From Camelus ferus (lineage: Eukaryota), in assembly GCF_009834535.1 (NCBI RefSeq), contig NC_045696.1:30630001-30694000 (forward strand): DNA of 64,000 bases. The letters run 5' to 3'. This document shows, piece after piece, positions 39,993 to 52,600 of the stretch (the first letter of the stretch is position 1; every line of letters starts with the position of its first letter). The notes below the pieces were generated by a model. The model ran no database searches. It was not told where the DNA came from and saw nothing but the letters and a program-made list of their open reading frames with translations. The translations under genes were made by a program, and so were the position numbers.

Positions 39993-42039
39993 ACGTAATG
40001 TTTGGGTAAGTTTGAAAAGTACCATCAATTTGTAAACATTTCTTTTACACACATTGTTATCACAATAAGAAGGGAATAATTATTTCACATACCTCCAATT
40101 ATTTGGTATTTGTATCCTCGACCAATTTGAAATACTGGTCACTATACAAATATTAGTGATTCAACTATGCAACACAAATATAGCTGAAATATAGGGAGAA
40201 AAAAATGATCATAGATAGCATAGATATAAAGAATCTTCTGAAAGTCCACTTAGTAGGCAATGTGTTAATCTGGCCACACATAGCAAAACCTAAGTTGTCC
40301 AAGGTATAATAGTCTTATTTGGGAAGAATGAATGAATTAGAGCAATACAACTCTAAAAGAGTCCGCTACATTTTGGAAACTTGATCCTTATTGTATCTGG
40401 GGCATACACAGAGAGTGTGAGTCATTGTTTGATTTTTGTTGTCACTGTTTTCATCCATAATTGTATTGCCACTATGATTGATTACATATGAATTTTAATG
40501 GAATTTTCCTGGATGTTGAAGTGCTTCTTTCCTCTTTAATTTACATGTCTCAAGAAATATCTAGTCAAATAACTGAATGTAAAAATATTTTCACTGAATA
40601 AAATGAACTGAATAAAAAGATAATTTATGTATAAGTATATATCGGTAATATATTTCACATTCAAGTACATGGCCAGACTTAGATATTGGCTATTGATGTT
40701 TGTATACTTGCTCAAAAGCCAAGAAACCCCAAATTTTACCAAGTTTAAAAATTAAACAGAATTTACTGACCATTTGTATCAGTAATTTCCTAAATTTTAG
40801 AAAATTAGTGGCCATCCTTCAGTAAATGAATAACTGAAATGTTATTTTCATATTTGTTTCATTCATATTTATATTTGTTCATATAATGAAATACCACATT
40901 GGAGATAAAAACTTATGGCTTAAATTTATGTATGTCAACATGGAAACATCTTCCAATGCAGTTTACTGAAAGGCAGTTACTGAATGAACATACAATTTAT
41001 GTAAATTTTTTAATAGTTAATTACAATATTTATAGGTGTAAAATAAAATAAATATTATCCTGGTTACCTGACTTTTGTAGATGAATTTGGGAATGGTCCT
41101 GGGATGACTGACAAAAGAAACTTTAAATTTAACTGAATATTTTATTTCATAGGTACAAAGAAAATAGACAAATTAATAAGGATAATTTATAAATGATGAA
41201 ATAGACTTTTTTTGGTTATTGTTTTTAATTTTTCTCTATTTAAAAAATTTCTCTTTTTAAGAAAAATATTGAAAAATGTTCCCCCAAATTTTTACTTGTA
41301 AATTTATGAAAATATTTGTATGTAACACATGCTGGTCCTAAGGGAAATTTGGTTAAAATTCTCAATGTAATTACAGGACCAAAAATATGACCTTTGTTAA
41401 AGTGAAAAGTGTTAACATATTAGACAAATACATTTCTAAGATTCTGGCCAATAAGTAGGAGTTTCAAGGCATCTGTGTCTAACGCCATGGGAGATGGCAA
41501 TCAGGAGGAGGAGAAGTGTGCATTGAATTTTGTATATTTCAAGAGATTAAAGCTATTGAAATTGTAGCAATAAAACTGGGGCAAGCAAATAAGCTTATTC
41601 TTACCATTAGATGAAAGAATCTAATTTAGTATAAATAGACTCTGTGAATTGAAGAGTAATGGAAGGGAAGTATTTGGGAGACTTTTTATCTTTTAAAGTA
41701 GGTTGGAGTGAGAGTATATTAAGTGAGGTCAAAGAAAAGAGAAATTGTCAGCCTTGCTAATTTCGTAGACAGGTCTTTGCTCCCTGAGAGAACAGCCATC
41801 TGGTGAGGAGATTCTTTTTATCATATTACAATCCTTTATTTAGAACCTTTCTCAGGAGTGTGAAGTTATTGCTAACATTATGATTAATGATATTTCTAAA
41901 CACCTATGAAGATATGGGCATTGATATGTTAAGCAAAGCACATTTAAGTAAGATTGAGCAAAGGAAACTATTATCATTTACTGCAAAAACCTGAGGTATG
42001 CATTTGTGCATGTGTATGTATGTGTGTGTGTCAAATTCT

Positions 42040-42490
42040 TGTTTAATTTTCTGTTTTTCAGATACATGAACTGAGATTCTCGGATGTTAAGGAACTTGAC
42101 CATAGTCACTTATAAAAACCTGCAGAGCTGACTATAATTGTGGACCTTACTGACTGACCAAGGAACCCATCCTCAAATTCAAAGGTAATCAGAATTTGCT
42201 TAAAGACATCTTAAGCATAACTGAGGTAAGAAATGATACTCTAAGTAAGTGGACTGATATCAACAAAGAGGTTTTTTCTTTTCTTTTTTAAGGTGTATTT
42301 TAGGTATAGCAGAATGTGACAGAAAGAATATGGGCTCTGGTGAGAAAAAAAAAAAGATTAGAATCTCTGAAAATTAACTTTCAGTCTAAATCTCAGATCT
42401 CAGTTTTCTATTCATTAAAATGGAGGATATAAAATTACCTCATAGGATTAGAGTGAGGATAAAATGAACAAACAAATGTCACTTAGCCAA
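42040..42490. mobile_element. Two MIR fragments (minus about 42040-42130, plus about 42300-42490)
   Basis: tttcagatacatgaactgagattc; ctcagttttctattcattaaaatggaggat...acctcataggattagagtgaggataaaatga. Confidence 0.65.
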
Positions 42491-44439
42491 TAGACAAATG
42501 ACATTTAGCAAAAAAAAAAAAAAAAAAAGCAGAAATAGAAGTAGAATATGGGATGAGACATTTATATTTCAGTTACTGTTTTTTCAAGGTATTCTTGATC
42601 CCTGACCTGCCTTAATATTCTTCTTTTTAAGGATAATAGTCCTGGTGTGAAGTCTGAGTCTTCACACTTCCCTAAATTTATCTGAAAATATAAGCCATTT
42701 TAACCTAGCTTTGGTTTCTAAATCAGTGATATGAGAAGATCTAGGAGACAGGAAAGCTAGGATTAGAAGAATGATGTTCTTAAATAAATGTATACATTGA
42801 TAATCAGTCTCCCCTGTACTGTTAAATATGAACTTTATAAACTTGTTCACAGATGTAGTAGGAATCAGAAAATCATGTTCTATTTCCTGCTTTACCACTA
42901 ATTCACTGTATGAGTGCAGCTACTAAATTATCCTTTCTCTATTTTTGGTTTTGCTGCGTAATTTTTAAAAAAACAAACAACCAACCAAAGTTTTAACACC
43001 CCTTAACTCTGTTGGATTGATCTTTTTTTTTTTTTTAATTTCCATGGGAATTACATTGATTTTCATGCACAAGAAATAAGCATTCATTTAAAGCTTTATA
43101 AAAATATCTTCTATCTTATTTATATTTCTTTAGAGTTTTTGATTTCCTTTTACTCAATGACCTATAAGATTGATTAATTCCTCAAACCTGTATATTGCTC
43201 CAATAATGAAGAAAGATGATCTGAAGAATAGTTTAATTCTTTTCAAAGCTATTTCCAGGATTGTTCTTTTTACAGTCTCCTTTAAAATATTTTTAGAGGA
43301 AGTAGATGGCTTCATCCTGAAACAGGATGAGAAAAAATAAGGTCACCAGAGTCTTAAAGTCAAGGGCATTGTAGTGCTAGGGACATTGACAGAGCAACGT
43401 GAACTAGAATGAGACACGACAGCTGGGCCTCCCAGGCAGTGTCTGCGCTAGTAGAAAAGACTTCTTATATATTCTGCATGTAGCCAGCTGGGTGGGACAG
43501 ATTATAAACAAATCTGATGGCAGATGTTATTCCAGGTGATTTGACCAAACAGGCATTTTTCAGGGGTGTCTTGCAGTCATCAGAAAGAAAACTAATAGAT
43601 AGGAAGGCTACCAGTAATCAAACATACATAATGAGATCAAAGCAGATTCAGAATGGGGAAAGCAGTCTTACATGGTTACACTAGAGTAAGTTGTTGTATG
43701 TGTTACATCAACACACATATATAGTAGAAATTTCAGAACGTGGGTGCTTGAGGGAAGCTTTTGAAGTTCAATATCCGGAGTTAAGTTGTCAACTAAAGTG
43801 AGAGAGTATTGGATGAGTCCAGAATTCCTGAGTGAGACTGCAAATCCTTGGTATAGGATGACACCTTGCTTACAGGTAAAACTTGCTTACAGGGCTAGAA
43901 GCAAAGGACTCCCTATATTCTCAGATATCTTCAGAATGTACTCTTTTGTCTTATTATCTCTAACAAAGACATTGTTTTACTTGAAATTCCCTGAAGTGGC
44001 GGTTTCTCATTTTTCCCTACCATACCAAGCCATAACATTTTATAAGTATGTTTCTTCCCTGTTACCATTCCCAGATAGTTACTTGTATAATTTCATACAG
44101 ATTTTTATTTAGTCAAAGTTCATGGAACTTCAGTATATCATTCTCTTCTCTCTTTGTGGCTGTCATGCCATGATGCCCTCTTCATTCTCAACCACATACT
44201 CAGTGAAGTTTTTGGCAACATACTCCTCTGTGTTACTAAAAGTCTCATGATCATTTCACATGACTTTAATGTTCATAACATAGCATAATCAAAATATGAG
44301 CTTCAAAGCCCCTTGATCTCACAATTTTATTGTTAACACATCAATTTCCAAAGCCAAATCCAGAAACTTGTCATCATTCTAAGAAATATTTTATCAAGAT
44401 TGTCAATATCCATGTGAACCCTCTAGTAATTAAAATAAC

Positions 44440-45760
44440 AATTTAATAACTGTATTAAAATGTAATTAACTTACAATAAACTACATATATTTAATGTACA
44501 ATATGTGATAAATGTCAGTTTATGTATGCGTCATGAAGTATCACCACAATCAGAATAACAGACTTGTCCATCACCCTCATGCCTCTCTGTAATTTCTCTG
44601 TTGACATTTCCCATACATCTATCTCCAGACAATCATTTATTTGCTTTCTGTCTCTACATATTAGATTGTATATTATAGGGTTTTATATAAATCTAGTATT
44701 TACTCTTTATTTTGGTCTAATTTCTTTCATTCAGAGTAAATATTTTGAGATTCAACATGCTATCATATGTACAAATAGCACATGCCTTTTTGTTGTTAAG
44801 TAGTATTCCATTGGAAAACGTACCAACATGTCTTTATCCTTTCACATCTTGATGGACTTTGCTTTCTTTATAGTTTAGTCCATTAGACATAAATTTGTTA
44901 CATCAGTTATGTGAACTGGTTGAGAATGTTGTTGAAGTCTTCTGTATTCTTACCAATTTTCTATTTGTCATATCAACTATTTAAAGAAGAGTACTGAAAT
45001 CCTTAACTACATTTGTGAAGTTTTCTATTTGAAGTACTGCCTGCTTTTGCTTTGTGTATTTTGAGGCTCTGTTAATAGGTGCACACATATTTTAGATTAT
45101 GTTCTCATCATAATTTTATCTTTTCTCATCATAAAATGATCAGTCTTATCACTGTTATTACACTTTGCTCTGAAATCTAATTTTTCTAGGCTAAGTACAG
45201 CTACTCTACATTTCTTTTGATTAGTGTTAGTGTATCCTTCCTCACTGTTTTACATTTAACTTAGGTTATTCTTTATATGTAAATAGTTATGGTTGGGTTT
45301 TATTTTTTTATTCAATCTGTTAATCTCTGGAATTTGATGCAGTGCTGTTATCATTTACTTACTGTGATTATTGATACAACTATGTCTAAATATTAAATAC
45401 TTCTTTCTAGTTTCTAATACTTCCATTTATTCTTTGTCCCTTTTTGCATATTTTTCTGACTTCTTTTGGATTAATTTACTACATTTTGTAATTCAGTTTA
45501 ACTTTCTTGTAGGTTATTAGTTATAACATTGTTTTGTTATTTTTGTATTAGCTTTTGGCTGTTGTGTAAATCTTTTACTTATCACATCTATTTCAAGCAT
45601 TGTGTACAAATCTTAGAGTAGTCTTAATGATTTCCTCTAGGTTTTCATGCTTTTGTTGTCATACTTTTTATTTCTACCTATAGTGAAAATGCCAAACTTT
45701 TTATTTTGCAGTTATTTATATAAGAAAGCATTTTACAATGTTACATGCTCTTTTTCTTCT
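44440..45760 (-). mobile_element. Old L1 fragments (3'UTR about 44440-44910; ORF2 about 44920-45760)
   Basis: gtatcaccacaatcag...aagtagtattccattg; ttttgctttgtgtattttgaggctctgttaataggtgcacac. Confidence 0.75.
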
Positions 45761-47008
45761 TGTAATTTGAAGTATGAAAATCATAGTGTCTGAGTACACA
45801 CCAAAGGAAAAAGAAAAGTACAGCTGTGGCTCTGACTGGCTTTGAGTTCAGTGATGAGTGATTCAGAGTTGGGTGATGGTCTCTGGTATATCATTTTTTC
45901 CCGGAGCTAGAAACAGATAAGGGCACTGACTCAGTGTTCCCCTTGTGAGGTCCACCATTGTTCTAGGGCTAACAGGAAAAACGTCATAATTTAGCTACAA
46001 TGATAATGCTTTGGTGAAAATTTTTATTCAGTTTTACCACATTTTAAATTTATATTTAATTTCTGGTTTTAGTTCAGTCATTATCCCTCTTTGGTACTCT
46101 ATATTACAATATAGTACAATTTTTTTATAAGTGTTGCTTAATGAATCTATAAGGGGCTACATTTTCTTAAGAGTAAAGTCCTGTTTTTTTTTCATTTAGA
46201 ATTTTTAGTTTTATTGTTATTGAAAGATAACTTTTACACATATTTTATAGATTGTCTTAATCATGTATGCATGTATACAGAGGAATATATACATAGAAAT
46301 GATAACATAAGTAAAATAAATAAATAGGTTTGAATAAACCTCAAATTTTTAAAAGTTAGAGTCTTAGTCTGTAACATCACTTCTCAGTTATCAGTGTTCA
46401 TTAAGAGAGCTCTATACTTTCAAGGATACTAATGATGCAGTGATTTCAAGTTACTAAAATGTAAAATAAAATGTACAGCTTATAATTCATTAAATGCAGT
46501 TTTAGTTCTATAATTCAAAATGTTTTATTGAATATCTTATTTGTACTAGGCTAGGCTATGTGCTAAGAAAGGAGATACGCCAGTGAACAAGAGAAATACA
46601 GTCACATAGAGTTGTGGGCAGATGGTATTTGCTTGTTTTATTCATCTTCTTATTTCTAAACCTTATACAGTATATATACTGTATTACACTGGCTTATATA
46701 AGGATTAAAATGGTAAATGTACACAAAACTTTAGATAGAACTGAACTTTGAGATTCATCCCTGAAATCATTTGCATAGTTCTAGGGAAGTTATAAACAAA
46801 GGTTGATAATTAGCACATTCTCTTATATGAACATTAATATGTTGCTTGATGGAGATAATATTGTTGATTAAGAAGATGGTAAATCAAGGTAAATCATATC
46901 TGTAAACTCAAAATAATCACACACTTTCTTAGTATCAGTAAAAGTAAGGAAATTATTAATGAAATATCAGTAATATTCCTTCTCTTTTTGTATTTAAAAG
47001 TAAATGAA

Positions 47009-47345
47009 TATGTGGGATCTAAAAAATAATACAAACTAATCTATATGTAAAACAAGAACAGACTCACAGACATAAAAAACAAATTTACGGTTACCAAAGG
47101 AGAAAGGGAGGGATAAATTAGGAGTATGAGATTAAGAGATACAGACTACAATGCATAAAACAGATAAGCAAGCAGGATTTACTATATAGTAAAGGGAAAT
47201 ATACTCAATGTCTTATAATAAACTATAATGGAAAATAATCTGAAAAAAATATATATATAACTGAATCACTTTGCTCTACACCTGAAACTAACACAGTAGT
47301 GTACATCAACTATACTTCAGTTTAAAAGAGAAAAAAGAGAAAAAA
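47009..47345 (+). mobile_element. 5'-truncated cetartiodactyl-type L1 3' end
   Basis: aacagactcacagacata...ggttaccaaaggagaaaggg...tgaatcactttgctctacacctgaaactaacac plus an A-tail. ttt|aaaa endonuclease-type site near 46995 and an approximate TSD ending aatgaa. Confidence 0.9.
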
Positions 47346-50300
47346 ACAATGAAGCAGCTTACCTTTTATTATTGTGGAGGCAGGTCAAAAATATCCTTCT
47401 GTGTGTCATATAGTTAAAAAGCAAAAACTTAAAAGCATATTCAAAATTACCTTTTCTATCATTTGCAATATTAAATTACTGTGAAGAACCTGTCATTGAC
47501 AAATTTTATCATGTATATCCTGGTTTTTTTTTTTTTTTTTGGTAGTTCAGGGAAATTGGATAATATAATACGGTTATATAATTGAAATAAAAGTTTTACT
47601 TCATCTTCCACTGAAAAATCTATAAATTATTTTATAAGCACAATTATTTTTTTCCATTGATTTCCCTGAACTATTTCTTGGATCATTCCTGTTATTTCTG
47701 AGAAGCCAATTTAACTTTTGGTTTTCCAGAGCTTCCAAGGTAAGTAATATATACTCTTTATATTATACTGTTTCCTTCTCAGTGAAGGTGTTGATCACAT
47801 AATTTAATGTGTGATAGGAGATAAACTTTGAAATGCATGGAAACCAATGCATACCCAACTAGCCTTCTTTGAGGACTAAGCCATTCTCTTAACTGACCCA
47901 CTAGTATTACTTCTTCATACCTCCTGTGTAAATAAACCACCAACAATAGTTAAACAATAGAGTAGGAGAAGACTCACTTAACATAAGCAGCAGCATCAAA
48001 AACACAGTGAGATTAACTACCATTTATAATTTTAAATCACATATTCAGATGTGAAATTCATTTTTAATGTAATTTATTTTGGTTTTCAGATCTATTCTGA
48101 GCTCTCCTTTGCCTGTTGGTAATAAGTATTCTTATGAGCAACTCTGTTGTTTCCTCAGCCACTTCAGATTTAAACTGACAAATCAGAATTTACCCCTAGG
48201 CTTGAATGCAGGACCCCTTTGGGTCTTCTGCCTTTCTATCTCTGTCAGGTCTGATAGAATATTCCCAAGCCAATGGAAGTATGGCTGCTCTGTCCCTGAT
48301 GTTCCTCTCAGCTATGCCTGTTCTGCTGCCCCGTGCCATATTACTGTGGGGAAATCTGGGAGCAAACTTCTCAGAGTACCATCTGGGAAGTTCATTACTG
48401 GTCACATCACTCTCACATTACTAATTGTATCCAGATGTTCTCCACACTTTTGGATCCAACGTGGTATAGGTAGGTATGTGGACAAGATAGAGAACATTTT
48501 GAGACCCTTCTCAACATGAAACTTTGTTTCTCTTCCTCCAACAAAAAAAGGTCAGTGTCTAGGATGGAGAAAAAAGAGGTGCTTACTTAAGCAAAATGGA
48601 CTGGGGGAAGGAGAAATGGATTTTCTTAAAAAGACATTCTGCCCAAATCTCTTTGTCTTATACCTGGCTTATGGGTTTTATCTTAAAACCAAGAATGCCA
48701 TTAATGTTTTGTTTAGTGGAAAACTCATTTTAGGGGAAATTATAGCTTATGTTACTGTTCATAGGGTTGTCACGGGTTTAAAAGGACATGTGGAAAGATG
48801 GTACAGGGAGGTGTCCACCAATAGTACATACTTTTATCCCGATGATAATTAAAGAGATGAATTAATCACAATATTTGGGTTTATTGGAGTTTTAGGTTTT
48901 AGCAGGCTATACAAGAGAAAACTCCTTATAGTTAAGGGCTAAATTTCTAGACACTCAATTCTTGGTGTAGTATTTTAAGTAAGAAAAGATAGCCCAGGTG
49001 AGACATCTGCAGATCCCAAGGTCTGAAAAGCAATGCCAATTAGTCAATCTGTGGTTTGACATGGTAGACTTGGTGCTTCCCTTTGGATGTAATGGGATCA
49101 TGATCAAGGTCTTTCCCTGACTTTGCAGCTCTTCCAAAACTTGGCATCTCCTTCTGCACTTTTCTTTTGCCAGAGGCCATTATGCTTTAATGCAATTTAG
49201 ACTGTGCCTGGGAATCATCTGAAGTTTTGATATCTTTAAAGAATATGGTGATTTTTTTCACTTATCTTATTTGAATGCTCTCAACTTCTGCATTTTCTAG
49301 TAGGGTTACAATAAATCATAACACTTTATCCAAATCAGTTTCACTCTAACTCCAACAGAATCACCCAATAAATGTAGGGACAAAGATTTAATGGCTATGT
49401 TTTCAATGTTTCAGGTTAAGAACTATGCAAATCAATTTATTTAATATAAGGAATACCTATGTAGGAGTTTTAAAATCTCTGTATCTAATTTTATCAAACC
49501 CCTCTTTGTCTCTAGAAGCAAAAGTAATCAAAGGCTTCCCAAAACTCCTTTATATTTCACTCATTACCATAAATTTTAATTTGTCCAATTTTGCTGGATT
49601 CAAGGAATGCCTTTAAAGACTTCTTCATTCATGACGTTTAGGACCACAGCATGAGAGAATGGCAGGGATGAGTAACAACAGAGAAATGCAGAAATTTAAG
49701 TGATTGTTTATCTAAAACTTAACTTCTCCAAGCTCAGCTACAAACATTTAAATTTGAGAGTTCTACCCTAATAATAAACAGCTGGAGATTTAGGCAGTCA
49801 TGAACTTGACAGCAGGCTTCCTTAAAGGGCCAGGATTTCAACATGTACTTAACATTTTTGTCTACTTTTGTGTCTTCTTTATTCTATTGTATGCATGTGT
49901 ATGTGGTATTTTTTTTTCTGATTCTAAGCCATCTGTTCCTCTATCACAAGCCAAGAGGCTAAAGAAGATTTTCTTGCTGAATGACAGACCCCAAATGGTG
50001 TGACATTGCAGAATTGCAGGTATGCATACTGCATATATCAGGAAGCTGTGATCTAAGAAAATAATAAAATAATTAGAAAATATAAAGAAGTTTACATTGT
50101 CCGAAGGAAAAAAAATCTTGAATTACTAAGAAACAAGGTACAGATCAGTGCTGTCATAGCATGAATAAACTGGTCATTCAATAAGAGTGACAGCAGGGTT
50201 CTTCCTACACAGTGAAGTGTGACCTTTGCTTCCCAGTCAATACCCTAGTTTATACAAGCAGGAAGCAATAACCAGCCACATCCTGGAACTGTATAAAGGA

Positions 50301-50614
50301 TCTTTACCAGATTTTCAAGCCATGGAGATCCATCTGCTAATGTGTAAAATAGGTGGCATAAATGTGAAACTTCCGTTTTTACACAGAAATATTTTTAGCC
50401 ACAATTTTGACTTCTGATGAGCAGAGACCCATTTGACATAAGGCTGGGCCAGGGCCAACAAGGTGACACACACTTGGCTCAGAATAAAGATCAATGTCTG
50501 TTACATACTAGCTTTCATGAAAAGATGCTCTTCCAGCAGAACAGATGGTATGACACAACTCAACTTTTTGTGCCTCTGTTTCACAGATTTTTTTTTTTCA
50601 CTCAGTCTGACTCT

Positions 50615-50616
<2 letters not shown>

Positions 50617-50663
<47 letters not shown>
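50617..50663. repeat. (GT)23 microsatellite
   Basis: Perfect dinucleotide run. Confidence 0.98.
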
Positions 50664-50664
<1 letters not shown>

Positions 50665-52289
50665 TTACTGATTAATAAATTGATTGGGCAAAGGCGTCAT
50701 GTAATGATCTGTGTGGCTCTGTGAAGGCCTACCTGTATACTAATGACAACAAACACTTACATAGAACTAGCTCTAGTCATCCCATATCCTAATGTCAGAT
50801 AAATCACATTATACAACTGGAATTTCTTGTCCAAAGCTTGTTATTTATTGTGTTTCATGTACCTAATCTATCACATATTGGGTAAATTTACATTTCCTTA
50901 GTAACAAAGATTTATTTACTGGAACACATGACAACATTCATTTTAATTAAAAAATTTTAACTATCAAAAGCCATTACATCATTTGAAGGATTGCCATGCT
51001 GTCTATATCAACTCAGTACATGTACCATTTCCCAGTGAACTTACCAAACTGATTAACTTTATAAAATAATGCAATAAAAATAAGATATTTTTTCAGCTCA
51101 TATAGTTTGATAAGGATGCATTATCAGGATAGACAGGTAGTAATTGAAGGCTTTTTTCATGAAAGAAATAATTCATTCTGGTCATTAGCCTGCAAAAGTA
51201 AACCAAATATACAAATATTTTACTTCTAAAATGTTTTTATTGAATCTTTCTATGGTAACCATTGGATTTTATAAGATGAAGTTCATGTTGTATTTAATAA
51301 TGATCAGTTTCTAAATAGATAGTATGTTTTATTTTTTGTATGATAGTGCCCTTAGTTCATATAAATGTAATGAATAGCCTTTAAGATAATTTAATCTTTA
51401 GACAATAAGCTCTAATTTTTTAATGAAACCTGAATTTTAATTGGTTTTTGGTAGTAGAATATTTTGGATTTATTGTTTAATTATATCAATATAAAATTGA
51501 TAGTTGTAGAGCAAAATAAATGCATATGGTGAAAACTGTTTAAAGCATTGTTTTCTGTTACAGCTCTAATTTTCTTGAGTACAGTAATCCTCAAGACCAT
51601 AAAAAAGTTTATTTAAAATAATTTTGAGAGGCTTTTATATAGTTCATTGTATAGTTTCCTACATACAATGTGGGTCACTTTGTTGTTGAAATAGCATTTT
51701 GGCAGATCTAGCAGTTGGTCTAATAAATGATTTACTTGAACACAGAAAGACATAGTCTCTTTTCCTCAAAGATACATCTAAGTCAAATTTATTTTCAAAA
51801 ACAACCAATTAATGTGATACCTTTACTGCTGTAGGTAATTTTTTCTTGTCACTGTCTTACAGATGTAAATGGATCATCCTCACCTTTCTCTGCCTTCATT
51901 TTCTTGACTAATCTGAAGTTACTATATATACTCTTTAAAGCTAGGAAAATAATTCTTGGTTATCATCATTATAAAACCACATTTTAAAAGGAATGGTGAT
52001 TCCACACCATCTGCAAATATACTCAAGCTGTCAAAAATCTGTAGATGACTTCACTATGCAGTATTTCAGTTACTGTGGAAGAGAAGATTTGGTCAAAGGA
52101 ATCTATTTATTTAGACTCAGGCATTAAAATGAATTTATAATGTATATAGCATCTCTAAATAATAGATTAGAAAAAACAAATTTCCATGTGAATGAAAGCT
52201 TTATTTCAAGATATTTTGGTAAGGTGCAGATTAATTAATTACAATATATGAATTAATATAGGACAATAAAAATGATAGAATTGATTATA

Positions 52290-52600
52290 AAACACCCGGC
52301 AGAGCAGTAAAATGCATTATGTATCTATGAAGATAAAGAGAAAACAAGTGAAGGCTGCATAGGTGGGAATAGATAAACGTGGAACATAGACTTCTTGGAG
52401 CAATTAGAGATGTGGAGAGTTGCATTGAAAGCAACCATACCCGTTCCGTTCCTTTTGCGCTTCCCTTGGCTCTGTGTTTCCTGGCAACAAGGTCTTCCGA
52501 GACCCCTGTTGGGGACAAAACTGATACTAAGCAATCTTCCGTGTCTAACAACCTGGCTTTGTTTCTAGTGGTTGAGCTAAAAAACACAATTAAACACAAT
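52290..52600. promoter_or_regulatory. Candidate regulatory element or non-CGI promoter with an RFX X-box
   Basis: GTTTCCTGGCAAC at 52476-52488. Seven CpGs in about 250 bp of apparently unique sequence in an otherwise CpG-depleted window. Confidence 0.35.

Noticed and set aside
45845..45935. C/D box snoRNA (GTGATGA ... CTGA about 75 nt apart)
   Set aside because: The terminal stem is out of register for a K-turn, the D' guide is too short, and I recognised no rRNA or snRNA complement.
47363..47489. Two adjacent minus-strand mini-exons (VLHSNLILQMIEK and a 36-nt unit)
   Set aside because: The acceptors are weak and the intervening intron would be only about 52 nt.
48079..48519. 146-aa ORF in GC-richer unique-looking DNA
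   Set aside because: Non-ATG start, no recognisable domain, and overlapping ORFs in other frames suggest a composition effect. Still worth a Dfam search.
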